A stretch of 63,957 nucleotides of DNA, filler included, from Octopus bimaculoides (lineage: Eukaryota), in assembly GCF_001194135.2 (NCBI RefSeq). It is 5 parts of 5 records of this genome, joined end to end, with 100 filler letters (N's around TTAATTAATTAA, not from the genome) between each part and the next. Parts side by side here need not be neighbours in the genome. Positions count along the whole stretch, not along the records: positions 3,510 to 32,475 come from NC_068983.1; 4 more parts are not named here. One strand, 5' to 3'. How positions within the stretch are numbered: position 1 is the stretch's first letter; each line of letters opens with the position of its first letter. Positions 13,944 through 29,100 of this stretch are shown in pieces. The notes under the pieces are model-generated. The model searched no databases and was not told where the DNA came from. It saw nothing but the letters and a program-made list of their open reading frames with translations. The translations under genes and the position numbers were made by a program.

Positions 13944-15984
13944 TGCAGGTTTGGCCAAATGTTCCCGACAATAAATCAAGATTCCATAAATGCTATAGGT
14001 AATTCTGTATTAACACGAATGGAGAAATGTGTGGCTCAGGATGGACTTCAGCTTGAACAATTTTCATGATGTTTCATATTTAGATGCTTTTATTAAATTC
14101 ATTCAGTCTTTAAACATGAATAAATCATGGATTTAAACAGTTTTGATTTACTGCCAGGTGACTTTTGGCCAACACACTATATATACACTATATATGTATA
14201 CACTTTATATATACATACATATANNNNNNNNNNNNNNNNNNNNNNNNNNNNNNNNNNNNNNNNNNNNNNNNNNNNNNNNNNNNNNNNNNNNNNNNNNNNN
14301 NNNNNNNNNNNNNNNNNNNNNNNNNNNNNNNNNNNNNNNNNNNNNNNNNNNNNNNNNNNNNNNNNNNNNNNNNNNNNNNNNNNNNNNNNNNNNNNNNNNN
14401 NNNNNNNNNNNNNNNNNNNNNNNNNNNNNNNNNNNNNNNNNNNNNNNNNNNNNNNNNNNNNNNNNNNNNNNNNNNNNNNNNNNNNNNNNNNNNNNNNNNN
14501 NNNNNNNNNNNNNNNNNNNNNNNNNNNNNNNNNNNNNNNNNNNNNNNNNNNNNNNNNNNNNNNNNNNNNNNNNNNNNNNNNNNNNNNNNNNNNNNNNNNN
14601 NNNNNNNNNNNNNNNNNNNNNNNNNNNNNNNNNNNNNNNNNNNNNNNNNNNNNNNNNNNNNNNNNNNNNNNNNNNNNNNNNNNNNNNNNNNNNNNNNNNN
14701 NNNNNNNNNNNNNNNNNNNNNNNNNNNNNNNNNNNNNNNNNNNNNNNNNNNNNNNNNNNNNNNNNNNNNNNNNNNNNNNNNNNNNNNNNNNNNNNNNNNN
14801 NNNNNNNNNNNNNNNNNNNNNNNNNNNNNNNNNNNNNNNNNNNNNNNNNNNNNNNNNNNNNNNNNNNNNNNNNNNNNNNNNNNNNNNNNNNNNNNNNNNN
14901 NNNNNNNNNNNNNNNNNNNNNNNNNNNNNNNNNNNNNNNNNNNNNNNNNNNNNNNNNNNNNNNNNNNNNNNNNNNNNNNNNNNNNNNNNNNNNNNNNNNN
15001 NNNNNNNTATATATATTTATGTACATAAATATGATATATCTACATATATGCATATACGTATATATATATATCCATCGACATACACGTTTATACATTTACC
15101 TGTTAAACACTTAACTACACATAAGAGAAAATATGTAAGTGTATGTGTGCGTATATGTGTAACTTCGTACGAATGACTGCCTGATTAAGTGTGCGAGTAA
15201 TGCTCCGGAAGATAAGACTGATCTGACACTTAAACTACTCATATACGGAGCTTACTATTTTTATAAATGCAACCGATGAGAACAATTCTACTAAAATGAT
15301 TTAAATTAATGTAAAAGTGTTAAATGAAAGATTTAGAAAGCTATCAGTAGCATGAAAAATAAATGCTAGATTGAGAATGCGAATCAAGTCCCTTATGAAG
15401 AAAATGGAAGTAGTATTCAGAAATCATGGTCATTTTTCGGAAAATCAAAATCTTCCACATGACATGAAGGTTATACAAAAATTACGAAATCATGTATTTT
15501 TGGCGCGTATTGTTTCTTTCGGTGTATATCTATGAAAGGTGGACGTTATAGTCAATCTTTCGAGGTGTATACAGTAAAAACGCTTTTGATAAAGTTTGCA
15601 TGTATTTTGGGGAAACCATATATGCAATGTTGATTTAGCAAATGTTGCATGTAATTCGTTTGCAATTAAGCAAACATAAGTGAACAGGTCATTGGTTTTG
15701 TATTGATATTTAGAGAATACTAAATCTCTTATTCTAAAGGGAGCAATGCCCTTGGACGTGAGCATACATGCTAAACTTATATTGCAATGACTGACTTACA
15801 ACTGTTGTGAAAAAGAGTGATATTCACTGGATGATTGCAAGAAAACTTAAATTGTTAGGGAAGCAATCGGAAAATCTGTATTTGATACATCGAAGGATTA
15901 GAAACACTATCACGTTAAAAAATAGTTAGAAAGGAAGGGAAACACAGAAAACTAAAACATATACAACTGTTATTTATTACCCTT

Positions 15985-16420
15985 TTTCAATCGTGAGACT
16001 GTGACCGTGCTAGGCCACCGCCATGAAGTATTTTTAGTCGAATGAAGAACTTTGAGTGGAGTGAAGAAGTTTTAGTCGAATGAAGAATAATTCTTTGTCG
16101 AATGGATAGACTTCATCCCATTTTTAAACCTGGTACTTATTCTACCGGTCTCTTCCACCGAACTACTACGTTACGGGGTCGAAAACACATTATCACCGGT
16201 TGTCAAGCAATGGTAGGAACAAACACAGACACAAAGAAAAAAAACACCTCTATATACATACGGTGGGCATCTTTAAGTTTCCTCAACCAGATACACTCAC
16301 AAGCCTTTGGTCTGTTCAAGTAAATAGTAGAATACACTTTTCCAAGGTGCAACGCATTGAGACTATAAACGAAACCAAGTTGTTGGAAGCAAACTTCTTA
16401 CCACAGAACCACGCCTGTAC
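15985..16420 (-). mobile_element. tRNA-derived SINE (family B, CORE-like central motif, internal microsatellite), diverged full-length copy
   Basis: Reverse complement matches the head, centre and tail of the copies at 60352-60707, 21200-21985 and 17455-17660. Confidence 0.8.
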
Positions 16421-17454
16421 CTATATGTCAAGAATACTTTCAAGTTATTGATTTAAATCATAGTTTTCTTTCTAAATCCGCTCTTACATTATGCAAGCAC
16501 TTGAGGGTGTATGAAACACAAGAAATTAATAATAAACCACGAATACCTGAAAGGACATTTGGCAATTCAAATATTAAGTGTAGCATTTATAGCGACAATA
16601 TCAAGAGATATATGTTTGCTCAGAATGTTAAGTGCAATAATCCAGTGTTGCATTTAACTGGGGAAACTCTTTTTATATGAAACATATGCTAAAACTGCAA
16701 ACCATCAACTGGATAGCATGATACATGACTGCTCATGAATAAATAATGTTCTAACTCATTTAATCGACTCTTGTCGTGATTTCCACGCAAGTATCTATGT
16801 ATATGCCTTTTACATATGTATGTATGCATATATGCATGCATGTTTGTGAAAATATATGCATAGTTACCTGCGTAAACTTCCGTAGATAGTACGAATTAAC
16901 ACTGTCTATCATTTCAGATTTAGTTTACTTGTAAATTTATAACACATCCTTCTCTTCCTCTTTAAAAGTATAATCGTGTCGTACATGCTAATGTGGTACA
17001 CCGAGAGATCTAATATTGTGTTTTTCTATCATAAAGTAATGATTTGCTGCAGAGAGATTTTCCAGATAAATCTGCATAGGAATTATTTCAGGCAGAGATT
17101 ACTTAATTGGCTTTCGAGGTCTGGACATTCAACTGAAATGCACGCAACATAAAGAAAATTAAAGGAGAAGAGTTACGGTTGAAAAACTTCGATAATGCAA
17201 ATATGTTAATAGTTACCAGGGTAGCAAAAATCACACAAAAGCTGGTATATTATACCCGGTTAATGGGTAGAAATTCCATGTTAAAGTGATGTATTTTGAG
17301 TAGATTTAAAGAATAATAATAAATGGAGCAAAGCGCGTATTATCAATAAGTTCCTTTAATTCCTACATACGTTTCAAAAATTATGTACACTCTACACCAA
17401 TGAAGTGAGAGGTGCTGGAATATGCACATAAATCCATCGTAAGGGAACTATATC

Positions 17455-17660
17455 TTGTGTGTCTGTGTTTGTCCCCCCACCATCGCTTGACATCCGACGC
17501 TGGTGTGTTTACGTCCCCGTAACTTACCGGTTCGGCAAAAGAGACCGATAGAATAAGTACTAGTCTAACAAAGAATAAATCCTGGGGTCGATTTGCTCGA
17601 CTAAAGGCGGTGCTCCAGCATGACCGCAGTCAAATGACTGAAACAAGTAAAAGAGTAATA
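17455..17660 (+). mobile_element. SINE family B, 3' half
   Basis: TTTGTCCCCCCACCATCGCTTGAC...GGTGCTCCAGCATGACCGCAGTCAAATGACTGAAACAAGTAAAAGAGT; CpGs intact. Confidence 0.85.
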
Positions 17661-18919
17661 GATAGATAGATAGATAGATATACATATACATACATATATA
17701 TATATATATATNNNNNNNNNNNNNNNNNNNNNNNNNNNNNNNNNNNNNNNNNNNNNNNNNNNNNNNNNNNNNNNNNNNNNNNNNNNNNNNNNNNNNNNNN
17801 NNNNNNNNNNNNNNNNNNNNNNNNNNNNNNNNNNNNNNNNNNNNNNNNNNNNNNNNNNNNNNNNNNNNNNNNNNNNNNNNNNNNNNNNNNNNNNNNNNNN
17901 NNNNNNNNNNNNNNNNNNNNNNNNNNNNNNNNNNATAGATAGATAGATAGATATACATATACATACATATATATATACACATATATGAAAGCCTGATAAT
18001 TACTTAATACAGTTTTTGAAGTGTAAATGGGATTTTTAAAAAATAATGCCATTAAAGTTTTTTTAGGTTGTTGCTAACCTGTTTTGGGAAGAAGGTTTTT
18101 CTAATGTGGGAGCGCTTTCAATTAACCTTTCTATATGTGCATGCGCGTCTGTGTGTGTGGATGATTGTGTATGTTTATATAATATATGTATAAGACATTC
18201 AAGCGCGCGCGTACATATATAATAGGAAACCACAATAGGAACACTGGGCATGTAGGTCGTTACATGCAACACTCTACAACCTATATTAAACCATATAAAC
18301 AAAATTTATTAATGGACGTGTTCAGCAGTTGGTTTGCCTTGTTTTTGAAAGAGAAATTGATTTTATATTACGAGAATCCAGACATATAAATGTTGAATAG
18401 TGATTTATTCGCGTTACATAAAATGATGTCCTACTGTAATTACATTGAAGCGCAATGGCTCCGATTTTCTATTATGCTTACTGGCTTAAAAAAAGATTCT
18501 CCGACACAAAGGAATACTTACACATAAATATATACAATTCATATGTACAAGAATAATTTGATATATTATTTATCTGTTTCATCCGCTAGAGAAATAAATT
18601 AATCCCCAGGAGACTGGCTTTTCGTAATAAGTGAAATCTGTCAGTAAGAGGCATGTTTAGGTTTCTTTTCAATTGGGAGATCTACGTATAATAGTGTTGC
18701 GTAATACATTTTATTCAATATTCAAGAGGTTGTTAGACAAACTTATAGCAATTTATGAACGTAAATATGCATTTTATATATGTATGTATATATGTATGTA
18801 TATTTTCATGTATGCATGTTTGTATGTTTGTATGTAAGTATGTATGTGGGTATGCTTGTATGTATATATATATATGTATATATGTATCTAATATATATTT
18901 ATACAACTGTCTCTGTGCG

Positions 18920-18969
<50 letters not shown>

Positions 18970-21199
18970 TTCAATATAGTAATTTCGAATAATAAATGTA
19001 ATGTATATATATTTTTTAATATTCTGCAGTAATTTGAGGATAAATAATGTTATCGTATTAAGGTATAATGTAACCGGGGTCAACATTATAAACAATCTGA
19101 TACCAACATTATAAACAATATCTTGTATATCCTCCACAAGTAATGTTGAAGCGGATGATTACAGTTACAATGGTAAAAATAGAATATAGACTACATAACT
19201 ATAAGTTGATGTGAATAATATGCCCACTCGTATACAAAATTAATTCCGATAAACGTAGAAATATTTTTGTCCCTAAGTGCAATATAATAAATATATAAAC
19301 AAGATTTCAACTTCCATCTTTTGCCTTATTCTGAACAGTAAATAATATATTCAATAACCGAGGATATTTTACTGGATAAAAAATTATTGAATAGAAAGTC
19401 GCCAGGAACTCTGAGAATAAAATTGTAATCAATGTATCACCAAGAATGTTTTAATGATACTTTATGTGAGAAAAGGAACAATAAAGAGTTGAGAACATTT
19501 TATTGTGACATTTGTTTACATCTTTACTTGATTTGTTGTTTCTTTAAAGTGTCCATTTATCGATAGCATGCTTTTATAGAATAGATAATTAAAACAATCT
19601 GAATTAAGGTAGCTCATCTTGTGCATAAACATATCCTTAACATATTCCGTGTAATTCTCAATTTCTAATCGCATTACACTTTATTGGGTTAAACTTTCGA
19701 ATGAGAGGAAGGGAAGTCAAATTCACGAAAAGCAAGGCAGAGTTTGTTTCGTCTCTTTAAAATCTAAATTGATGTGCCGAGAGTTTTTTTTTATTTATAC
19801 GTGATAACATTTAATTAATGATGCATGTGCAATAAATTACACTCCAACATAATTTGAAGGTCGCATTCACAGATAGGCGAAAATATATTAATCCTTTACA
19901 ATTAAAAAGAACAAGACTGTCATTCGACGTACATTCATAATAGGAATTTCAATTGAGTCGATGAAATATTTTATCGTATTTATGTATTCAAATCGCAGAG
20001 GGCTCTAAATTACAACTTTTAACTTAATGTTCATCAACTGGAAAATTACAATATAAAATTATTGCCGTCATTATAACAATTTGAATGGAGACGCATAAAA
20101 TTAGTGAATAATTATATTCGAATCTAAGTGGGAATTATTTTAATTTTGACAATAAAGGAAAATCAGTGACCATACGAATGTATGATTTGCAAATCGACGA
20201 ACAGAATTTTACATTAACACTTGATTTAGATGTAGAATATTTTCACCATAAACAATAAGGGTGTACAACTCGTAATTATATTTCAATTCGTTGGCTATAT
20301 TTTATACAATTATAACAAGATACCATCAAAACTATGTAACTGGCTCCGCAGTAATATGGACTTTTGAGGAAATCATAAGCAAAACTCTTTCGTGGTTTCT
20401 TTTGTTGAACCATTTGATGTAGAGAAATAATGTCTGCATGCTTTTGTACTGTTGGTATTTTCGGCAGATGCTTCTCTGCCGACACTAGTAAAAATAATGT
20501 AAATCATTTACTATGAAAGGCATTGTCAATTGATGTTGAAATATGTCTTACCATAGCAGGACATGTTTGAACATCAACGGCGTGCCGATCATAAATCACT
20601 ATGAAGAGATGGCACTTTGGCTTTTTATATATATATCTCTTAAGTTTATTCCACATTACGTCCTTTACGTGCTACATAAGCACAGCACAATATACGATGA
20701 AGTATTAATAAAATCATGAACACATAACAAAACATGTACGCAACGAAATAAAACTCCTTTGACATAGGGAATTATTTTATGTTGAAAGGATGAAAATGTT
20801 GGAAGTAGCCGGCTGGATAACCTTGGCCTTCGCTAACATATAGGCTGACAGTCAACTAATTAATCTCATTCATTATTTTATATCTATCTTCGAAATAATC
20901 TGAGTTCTGTGTATCAAGCTAATATCGTCAATTGTGTTAGTTATAACTTTTTAAATTTGTTTTTCAAGAATAGCGGAACAAATTATTGTTCACATAATGC
21001 AACAGATATTCTTCCTGTGATAGAATATGCCACAACATCTGACAAAAGGAATAATCGAGGAGGTGAACATTGTATGAGTATTGAGAAATAGGATATCTTT
21101 GTAACTGACGCACAACTTAGTCAATGAAATTTTTTCACTAACTTTAATTCAAAGAGTACATATTGTCCAGAACATTGTAACTAAAATGTACATACAGTA

Positions 21200-21985
21200 G
21201 GTGCAGCTATGGCTGTGTAGAAACAAACTTGCTTCTCAACCACACAATTCGGGATTCAGACCCATTGCGTGGGGCTTTAGGCAGGTACCTTCTACTATTG
21301 CCTCGCACTGGCCGAAGACTTGTGAGTAGATTTGGTAGATGGAAACTGAAAGAAANNNNNNNNNNNNNNNNNNNNNNNNNNNNNNNNNNNNNNNNNNNNN
21401 NNNNNNNNNNNNNNNNNNNNNNNNNNNNNNNNNNNNNNNNNNNNNNNNNNNNNNNNNNNNNNNNNNNNNNNNNNNNNNNNNNNNNNNNNNNNNNNNNNNN
21501 NNNNNNNNNNNNNNNNNNNNNNNNNNNNNNNNNNNNNNNNNNNNNNNNNNNNNNNNNNNNNNNNNNNNNNNNNNNNNNNNNNNNNNNNNNNNNNNNNNNN
21601 NNNNNNNNNNNNNNNNNNNNNNNNNNNNNNNNNNNNNNNNNNNNNNNNNNNNNNNNNNNNNNNNNNNNNNNNNNNNNNNNNNNNNNNNNNNNNNNNNNNN
21701 NNNNNNNNNNNNNNNNNNNNNNNNNNNNNNNNNNNNNNNNNNNNNNNNNNNNNNNNNNNNNNNNNNNNNNNNNNNNNNNNNNNNNNNNNNNNNNNNNNNN
21801 NNNNNNNNNNNNNNNNNNNNNNNNNNCTACTCTATTTACGTCTCTGTAACTTGGTGGTTCGGGAAAAGAGGCCGATAATATAAGTACTAATCTTTAAAAA
21901 AATGTCCATAGGTCAATGCGTTCGACTAAAAATACTTCAAGCCGATGCCCCAAAATGGCTGCAGTCTAATGACTGAAACTGCAGT
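21200..21985 (+). mobile_element. SINE family B spanning an assembly gap at its internal microsatellite
   Basis: Head at 21200-21355 ends GGAAACTGAAAGAA; tail at 21830-21985 ends AATGACTGAAAC. Confidence 0.75.
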
Positions 21986-22802
21986 AAGAAAATCGTACAT
22001 AAGCCTGTTTAAAGTGACAGCGTTATTCGAGGTTATTCGTGAATTTCTCTAGTGTGTTTAGCCATTTCGTTAGACAGACATTTTCCTATTGCATAACAAG
22101 TTTGAAATACCATGCTTTTAGTGGCCAATCATAGTTCACATTTTCGCCACTATGGCAGTCCATGGTATTCAGATGTTATCTTCTGAAGAGATTTTGGTAT
22201 ACAAAATCGAACGGTCACCAACATCATGATTTCTTGGAATGGTAGTTTCTATTATTCAAACAATATGTCTATTACTGTTCAATTGTAGTAGTTCAATGCA
22301 AAGTCAATTTACTTTCAATTAAAAATGGACTCTCATGCTTTATCATGCTTTCGTTCATTAACGTATACACAAACATTCAGGATCAATATCGCGTTATGCA
22401 CATATGTGTAACCGATTCTATTATTAAATTTATCATTGTTGTTATTGTTGGTTATCAAAAATATCTATTAGGTCAATGCAGTACAGTAATTGCATAATAA
22501 CAGGGGTCAATATAAAACCAGTACTAAACAAACAAAAAAACAATCAATATAATCTTTATGAGTATTAATGTAATTGCAAGTAAATCACGAAGATAAACAA
22601 ATATAATAGATATTTCAAATAACAATGCACACCCCATATTTTCAGCAGACGAATATTCCCTCCATTATTTAAGAAAGAATACCACACTCAGTCTGAATCT
22701 GGTAAAATAACAAAACAATTTTAACTGGAGTACAAAATATCGATATCATCAACATTATCGTTATTACCATAATCGTAGTCATCGTCGTAGTCATAATCAT
22801 CG

Positions 22803-22922
<120 letters not shown>

Positions 22923-24059
22923 TCGTACTTGTTTCAAAATTAGGTTATTTTCCAGTCGGTATATATATGATTGTGTTTGAATCTTTGCAATATTTACTGC
23001 TTTCTTCATTCGTGCGCATCGAACATTATTGTGCAATTGGTTGAGTTGAATTGAATTTCTGGTGAGAAGAGAATAAAACTCTAATAGGCAAATTAATCTC
23101 AAATTGAAAAGAACATTGAAATGATTTATCTCAAGAGAGACACTGACAGACTGGGTGACTGAGAGGAAAGGGAGAGAAACAAAGAGAATTACAGATAGGA
23201 TAACACGGTCATATAATAATTATAATTATACAGATTTACAAGAAAAAGAGGCGCTCGATTCAATTTATAATATTCGATTTGAAATAAATAATAAAGTTAA
23301 AGAGTGATAGAGCATTCATTCCTTGCGTTATTATAATGCTCGCTTCTGTTCGTATAAATAACATTGATACTAATAGAAAATGAATTGAATCTATATTTAG
23401 AGAACGAATTCATGGTAGTTAAATAAATGTGGCTAAACTCCCGAAAGGGTAATAAAGTTTCGGAATACTTTGTAGAAGTATGTGGTGTATTATATGAATA
23501 TAAAATATACTTGTCGTCATTTCAAATATGCTTGCGGCATATTCGAACCCATAAGAAAGAAATTTATTGCATTTTGTCATGAAGGAAATTACTCGCAGTA
23601 GAGACGTTTGCTGTATGCAGACCAAGTCAGTTCGAAGACTGCTATCACAAGTCATTCCGTTGCATCTAACAGTCCCAAGGTCTGATACAGAAGAGGAGGT
23701 CTTTAATCCAAAATGCATGCATCCATCAGTCTCACTAGGGCTCGTTGCAAACTGCCTTGGTGTGTTTACACCTATTTGTTTATAGCGACAAATTTTTTCC
23801 ATGACAAAATACAGTAAATGGCTTTTTTACAGGCTCGAATATGCGCCGATCTTAGCTGAAATGGGAACAACTTTATTTCTATAGACATTACTGCTAAGCG
23901 ATGCTATTCTGTATAGAAATATAATTGCGTCTTAATTCATTAAACATTTTCTAAAGGTAACATTCTTACGGAGAATCATATTTATAATTCTCTGTAGGTG
24001 ACTTATCATCGTATGTCAATAGAGTATATTGTGTTTAAATCGATTATTACGTTTTGTTC

Positions 24060-25000
24060 CTGCATTCCAGCCTTGCTCTAGTATTATGTTTCTTTACACT
24101 CTGAGTTCAAAATCAGCCAATATCACCTTTGTATCTTATTATGCGGCGATCGCTAGATTAAAGTACTGATAAAAAGCTCTAAGGTATCGACTCGCTTACA
24201 CCCCTTAACATTTCTGGCCTTATTCCTAAAGAAAAAGAAATATATATGTAAATAAAGCGGTCAGCTAGCAAAAACATTCATGAAAGTACCAGAAAAAATG
24301 CTTCGTGTTATATATTCGTGTGTTTTACTTTGTGTAGTGCAAATCCCGCCGCATTCAACATTATATTTTATCTTCAGGAAAAACATGAATTTGACTGATC
24401 TCTATTTCCTTGAGTAAGATTGTTGCTGTCACTGTTTTTGTCTTTTTCTAAAATGCAACATCCACAGGCTTGTTTATCAGTTAATTTCAAATTTCACTTC
24501 TTATAATTGTAGAACCATTCAAGCAAAAGTTTTAATAATAATGATAAGTATCCTTTCTATAATAAATTATTGCTCGAACTTTTGCAATGGATCGTATCGA
24601 CTGATTCGTTTCCATTAAATTCGTTGGCCACGGTCCAAAATTCAAAACCATTGTTGTGTTTTTAGTAGCCTGTGCTATTGCTTCTGTGTTTATGTTATTG
24701 CTTCCCATATCGTCTAGAAGTTTTGTCGGAGAGGTAATTAGATTAAATCGACTGTAATATTTGGACTTCATCTTACCAACCCCAGAAAGATGAAAGGCAA
24801 ATTTGACATCGTTGTGTTTAAACGCAAAATTTGGGATTCTGCAGCAATTCCTGAACGCTATTTTTGTCTGATGTTTAATAATGCATTGTTATACACTTAC
24901 GGCTCTTTATATTCTGAGTTCTAATTAAGTCAAGTTCAACTATGCTTTTATCTCGTAGAGGTCGTTAAGATAAAGTACCAATTGAGCGATGAGATCGATG
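24060..25000. mobile_element. Cluster of old SINE family C fragments in both orientations
   Basis: Remnants of CTCTGAGTTCAAA..., AAGTACC and GATGAAAGGCAAA matching the 62.7-63.8 kb SINEs. Confidence 0.5.
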
Positions 25001-25436
25001 GTATGCAATTGTTACTTCCTTTCAAAGTAGAAGTTTCTGTGTCTTAATCAGAAACAATTACTGTATGATGGTGAATGACGATAGAATGTGGAGTTGAGGG
25101 ATTTGCAGAACAGTAATTAATATACCATTGTTTCTTTCCAATCCTGGGATCGCCCTTGCCACTGATTTAGAAAATATCTTATTTAGGCCTATAAAAAGTA
25201 TCGGGGAAGTATCAATAATAGGATGGTATATATATAACCGATAGCATTGTTTCCATAAAATATTTACTGTGTGGGCTGTATAGGAATTTACGTTTACTTT
25301 TTATTTTGTCACTTCACAAATTATGTGGTAAAGCCGACGGATCAAATAACCTCCGGTGCTGGTCATTATACATTATCTGTTTAGAAATATTTATGCCGGC
25401 CAAATTATCAATGTGTTTTCTTTAAGATTGAATGAT

Positions 25437-25679
25437 ATGGTTAGACCTTATTTAAGTAACATATTTAAGAGACAGAACGGACGAAAATATACACTCGTTG
25501 GATTTTTTGTTTTGTTCATGCTGGCTGCTGGTTTGCTCATTTTCAAACCTGAACATGCAAATCTACAACCAAAGGCCATTCCTGCCATAACCATGCTGTT
25601 TCGCCAGACTTCCTTAACCAATGTACTATTTACGCAAGAGAAAGGCTTGAGAGTAATATTACATGTAGTTCGAGCATAA
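25437..25679 (+). CDS. Candidate exon or pseudo-exon with type II membrane protein-like N-terminus (MVRPYLSNIFKRQNGRKYTLVGFFVLFMLAAGLLIF...)
   Basis: Pyrimidine tract plus AG (TGTTTTCTTTAAG) 10 nt before the ATG. Basic residues are followed by an ~18-aa hydrophobic segment, in GC-richer unique sequence. No family recognised; early stop. Confidence 0.25.
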   Translation: MVRPYLSNIFKRQNGRKYTLVGFFVLFMLAAGLLIFKPEHANLQPKAIPAITMLFRQTSLTNVLFTQEKGLRVILHVVRA

Positions 25680-26082
25680 CGGGCTATTATTTTCTCTATA
25701 TGTTGTTGGTGTTGATATTCTTAGATATCTTACAAACAACTCGCACATGCAAGTGCTACCAGTCAAGAACTCCGCATACCGGAATCCAGCAAGTGTATAT
25801 GGTCATCAGGAGAGAATGCGCTCCGTTTCGGGGCCTACCTCTCGACGGTGTCAATGCGCAACGGCCCCCTTCACTGATATGAGGCCCCACTTGCTAGATC
25901 AACTGGTTATTAAAAACAAAGCTCAATATTGTAAAATTATAATTAGTATCCTAATATATTGAATACTACTTCTAAATATATTGAACAGAATTTTTAAATA
26001 GTGATTACATTGGGTGTAATCATTAGAAGTAACATACTGAACTAGGGTATTCTTCACTTTACACGTTTCATATCATCTCTCT

Positions 26083-26139
<57 letters not shown>

Positions 26140-29100
26140 TACATATAGACTCGCACACACATATATGTACGTATCTTTGTATGTATTTAAATATATTAGT
26201 AACCTATATACATCCGCATACATTGCACGTCTATGTGAATGTCACCTCCATAATGGATTCTACGTTTGTTTCATTTAACGGTGAAAAATAATTTGTTAAT
26301 GATATTTATTTTAATACTGTTAAGCGGAAGTAAGATGTCACTGCAAATCATTTCAGCTGCTCAATGTCAACATGTTTATAATTTTCATTTCAGATGAGGT
26401 GAATAGCAAATGTCAGGGAAATTTGACCTTTATTCACAATGCGATGCATTATTGACGTAGTGTGGCTTCTTTATTTCAATTGTATTGGAATCTTGTAAAC
26501 ACATTTGGTTCACTTTTGTGTTAGACAACCGCTGCTTACTCCCTCCCAAGCCCCTAAGCTGTCCAGGGTCAATTACTGGTCCCGGATATTTACATTTTGT
26601 TCTGGTAATGAACTTGAGATTGAAAACAAATAGACACAACGACTACCAACGTAGTCTATTCAATATCGACATAGAAAATATTGCTCCCTAATTGTTGCTA
26701 TCCCTGAAAGGGAGTGCCTAAACAATATGATATTTTTATCACTTTGGTAATTTATTTGATAAACAATTATAGTCTTTTTATTTATTCGAGTTCACTCCGC
26801 AATGCGGCATCATTTCTTGAGATTTAGTGCATGTGATATTCTACAGAAAACAATATGTTTTAGTAATACTGGTTGTGACTTCGATTTAAAAGATTTTAGC
26901 CATTACAGTGAGAAGGCCGTCCTGTAACCTGCGAGAAATAACAGCTTCATAGTCTTCAAACTACTTCACGTCGGTTCTTCAAACTACACCATCTTTCACA
27001 ATATATTGCTTTTCGTTAAATTCGCGCATAGGATAAGAATGTCATTAAGGCTTAAGAAAGTTACATCATTAATTTTCTTAGAAGGAACTAATATAAAATT
27101 AACTATATATTCCATATTAGATATCATTATTTGCGTGTTGTACATAAATAGACTCGTCTAAGTGTAAAATCTAAGGTTATCACAAGCATAATCCTGATAA
27201 TACCCAACAATGCTGTGCTTGTGGCTTGCTTAAAAGCAGCAGCTATCTTCAGGATTCAAATACAGAGCAAATAATGCAAATTAATGTGTTGCACATTCCA
27301 AAGATCAACACGGATATCTCTAACTGGTTGAATTTCGTGTACACTAGGAAATGTTAACTCATCAATGATTCATTTTAAAATTAAAATAACAATACAGCTA
27401 TTAATACTCGTTCACAGTTGCAGCTGCGAACTAAAAATAATTTAAGCATTGAAATCTTACAAGTAATAATAATATTAATAAATAAAGCAATCCTCGCTGT
27501 ATGGATCACATATTTGGTAGAACTACTAAAACTCAAACGCTCAAAATATTAACGACCATATGTGAACAATCTCGGTTATATTACAGTCTTTACTAACACT
27601 ATTGCAAAGATTCTCAACTTCACTGCACTCTCACACTATATCACTGCCAGACTGTAATAAATACTCTCTATATTCCTTTCTCACAAGACCTGAACGCCTG
27701 TGTCCCATTATCTCAGTTATCTTTTTAATTCGCAGTTTTAAATTCTATATTCAGGGCTTTGTATAACGCAGATAAAATCATGAAAAACATCGAGGATGTT
27801 TCGGTAGTGTTATGTGCAGTATAACTTCTACTTAAATCAATAAATAGAACACGGATGTGTTGCTATTTCTATTAGGTATTCATACACATTGCGTGGAACT
27901 GGGAGTGACATATAGAAAACTGAAATATAATTATAATTGTAATTATATTAGAATTATATAATTGTATTAATTATGTAATAATGTTTGATTATTCAAGTGG
28001 GTGGATCTTGCTACTGATTGAAGTCTACTAGTGAGTGTAGTGTGCAGTTAGGAACTTACAACATTGCTTCATAAGCACCATTCAAACGGCCATTTTTATT
28101 TCAGCAAATTGCGAAGATTCTTATAAATTTTTTCTTCGTTTTAAACTATTTTTATAAAAAGAAGTAAATTCTAATTGGATTCCAATAAATTTTTACTAAA
28201 ATAGAAAACAGTGCAATGAAATACAAATGAATAATATTTTTGTCTTTTAGGTAGGAATGGCTGATTTTAGCATGATAAGAATTAATGAGTCTTAAGATAT
28301 TTGATGATTGTATTGAAGATAACGCGAAAATAAATTTTATATGACTTCACAGTGTTTTCTTTTTATTTAGAATACAATTTAAACGTACAATAATTATTCG
28401 ACATGAAGAAATATAATAATGATATTCATCTTCAATTAATCAATGATATTTTTATAAAATACATTTTTTAAAACAAAACTAAGAGATTAGAATATATTTT
28501 CTCTGCTACCATATAGATATATGTAACTATATGTTTGACAAAATATCTATAACCTTATCACTTTCGAAAGGTGCTCAATAATTACTGACATTGAAAGTGG
28601 TTTTATTTATGTGTTGTACACTTTCTATGATCATTTGGTCATAAAGGAACAAGAAGTCTATTGTGTTTGTAGACATATTATTACGATGTAACATCGTTGT
28701 AGAAGGAAGTCGAGGTTATCAAACAGTGGGAGTTGGAATCATTTGTTTATCATCCAAAATACCACAAAAATGAAATTGGTAGGACGGGAAGAGATCAATA
28801 AGAATTCAGATTTTCTTGAGTTTAACATGTCTAAACATGACCATTAAAGACGATTTAATCAGAAGATGAAGAGAGAGCCCTATGTGACAGTTTGATGTGC
28901 ACTCTATAATAGTAAATTTCACATACACATTATAGTCTTCAAAACGGATTCATACATTTGATACCTCAGCTATATTTATACTCGTTAAAATAAACATGGG
29001 ATAGCTACGATTGTTTGCTCTTTTATTATGTGTAGTTGAATATATTCAGAACCCTCCCAAGCTTACATAAGAATATTTGAATATAAATGAGATAATAGAA

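Noticed and set aside
23419-23802. 127-aa minus-strand ORF
   Set aside because: In-frame stop shortly upstream, no domain motif; not distinguishable from a chance ORF.
26524-26604. Kunitz-like reading DNRCLLPPKPLSCPG
   Set aside because: Only two cysteines; no downstream F/Y-x-Y-GGC motif.
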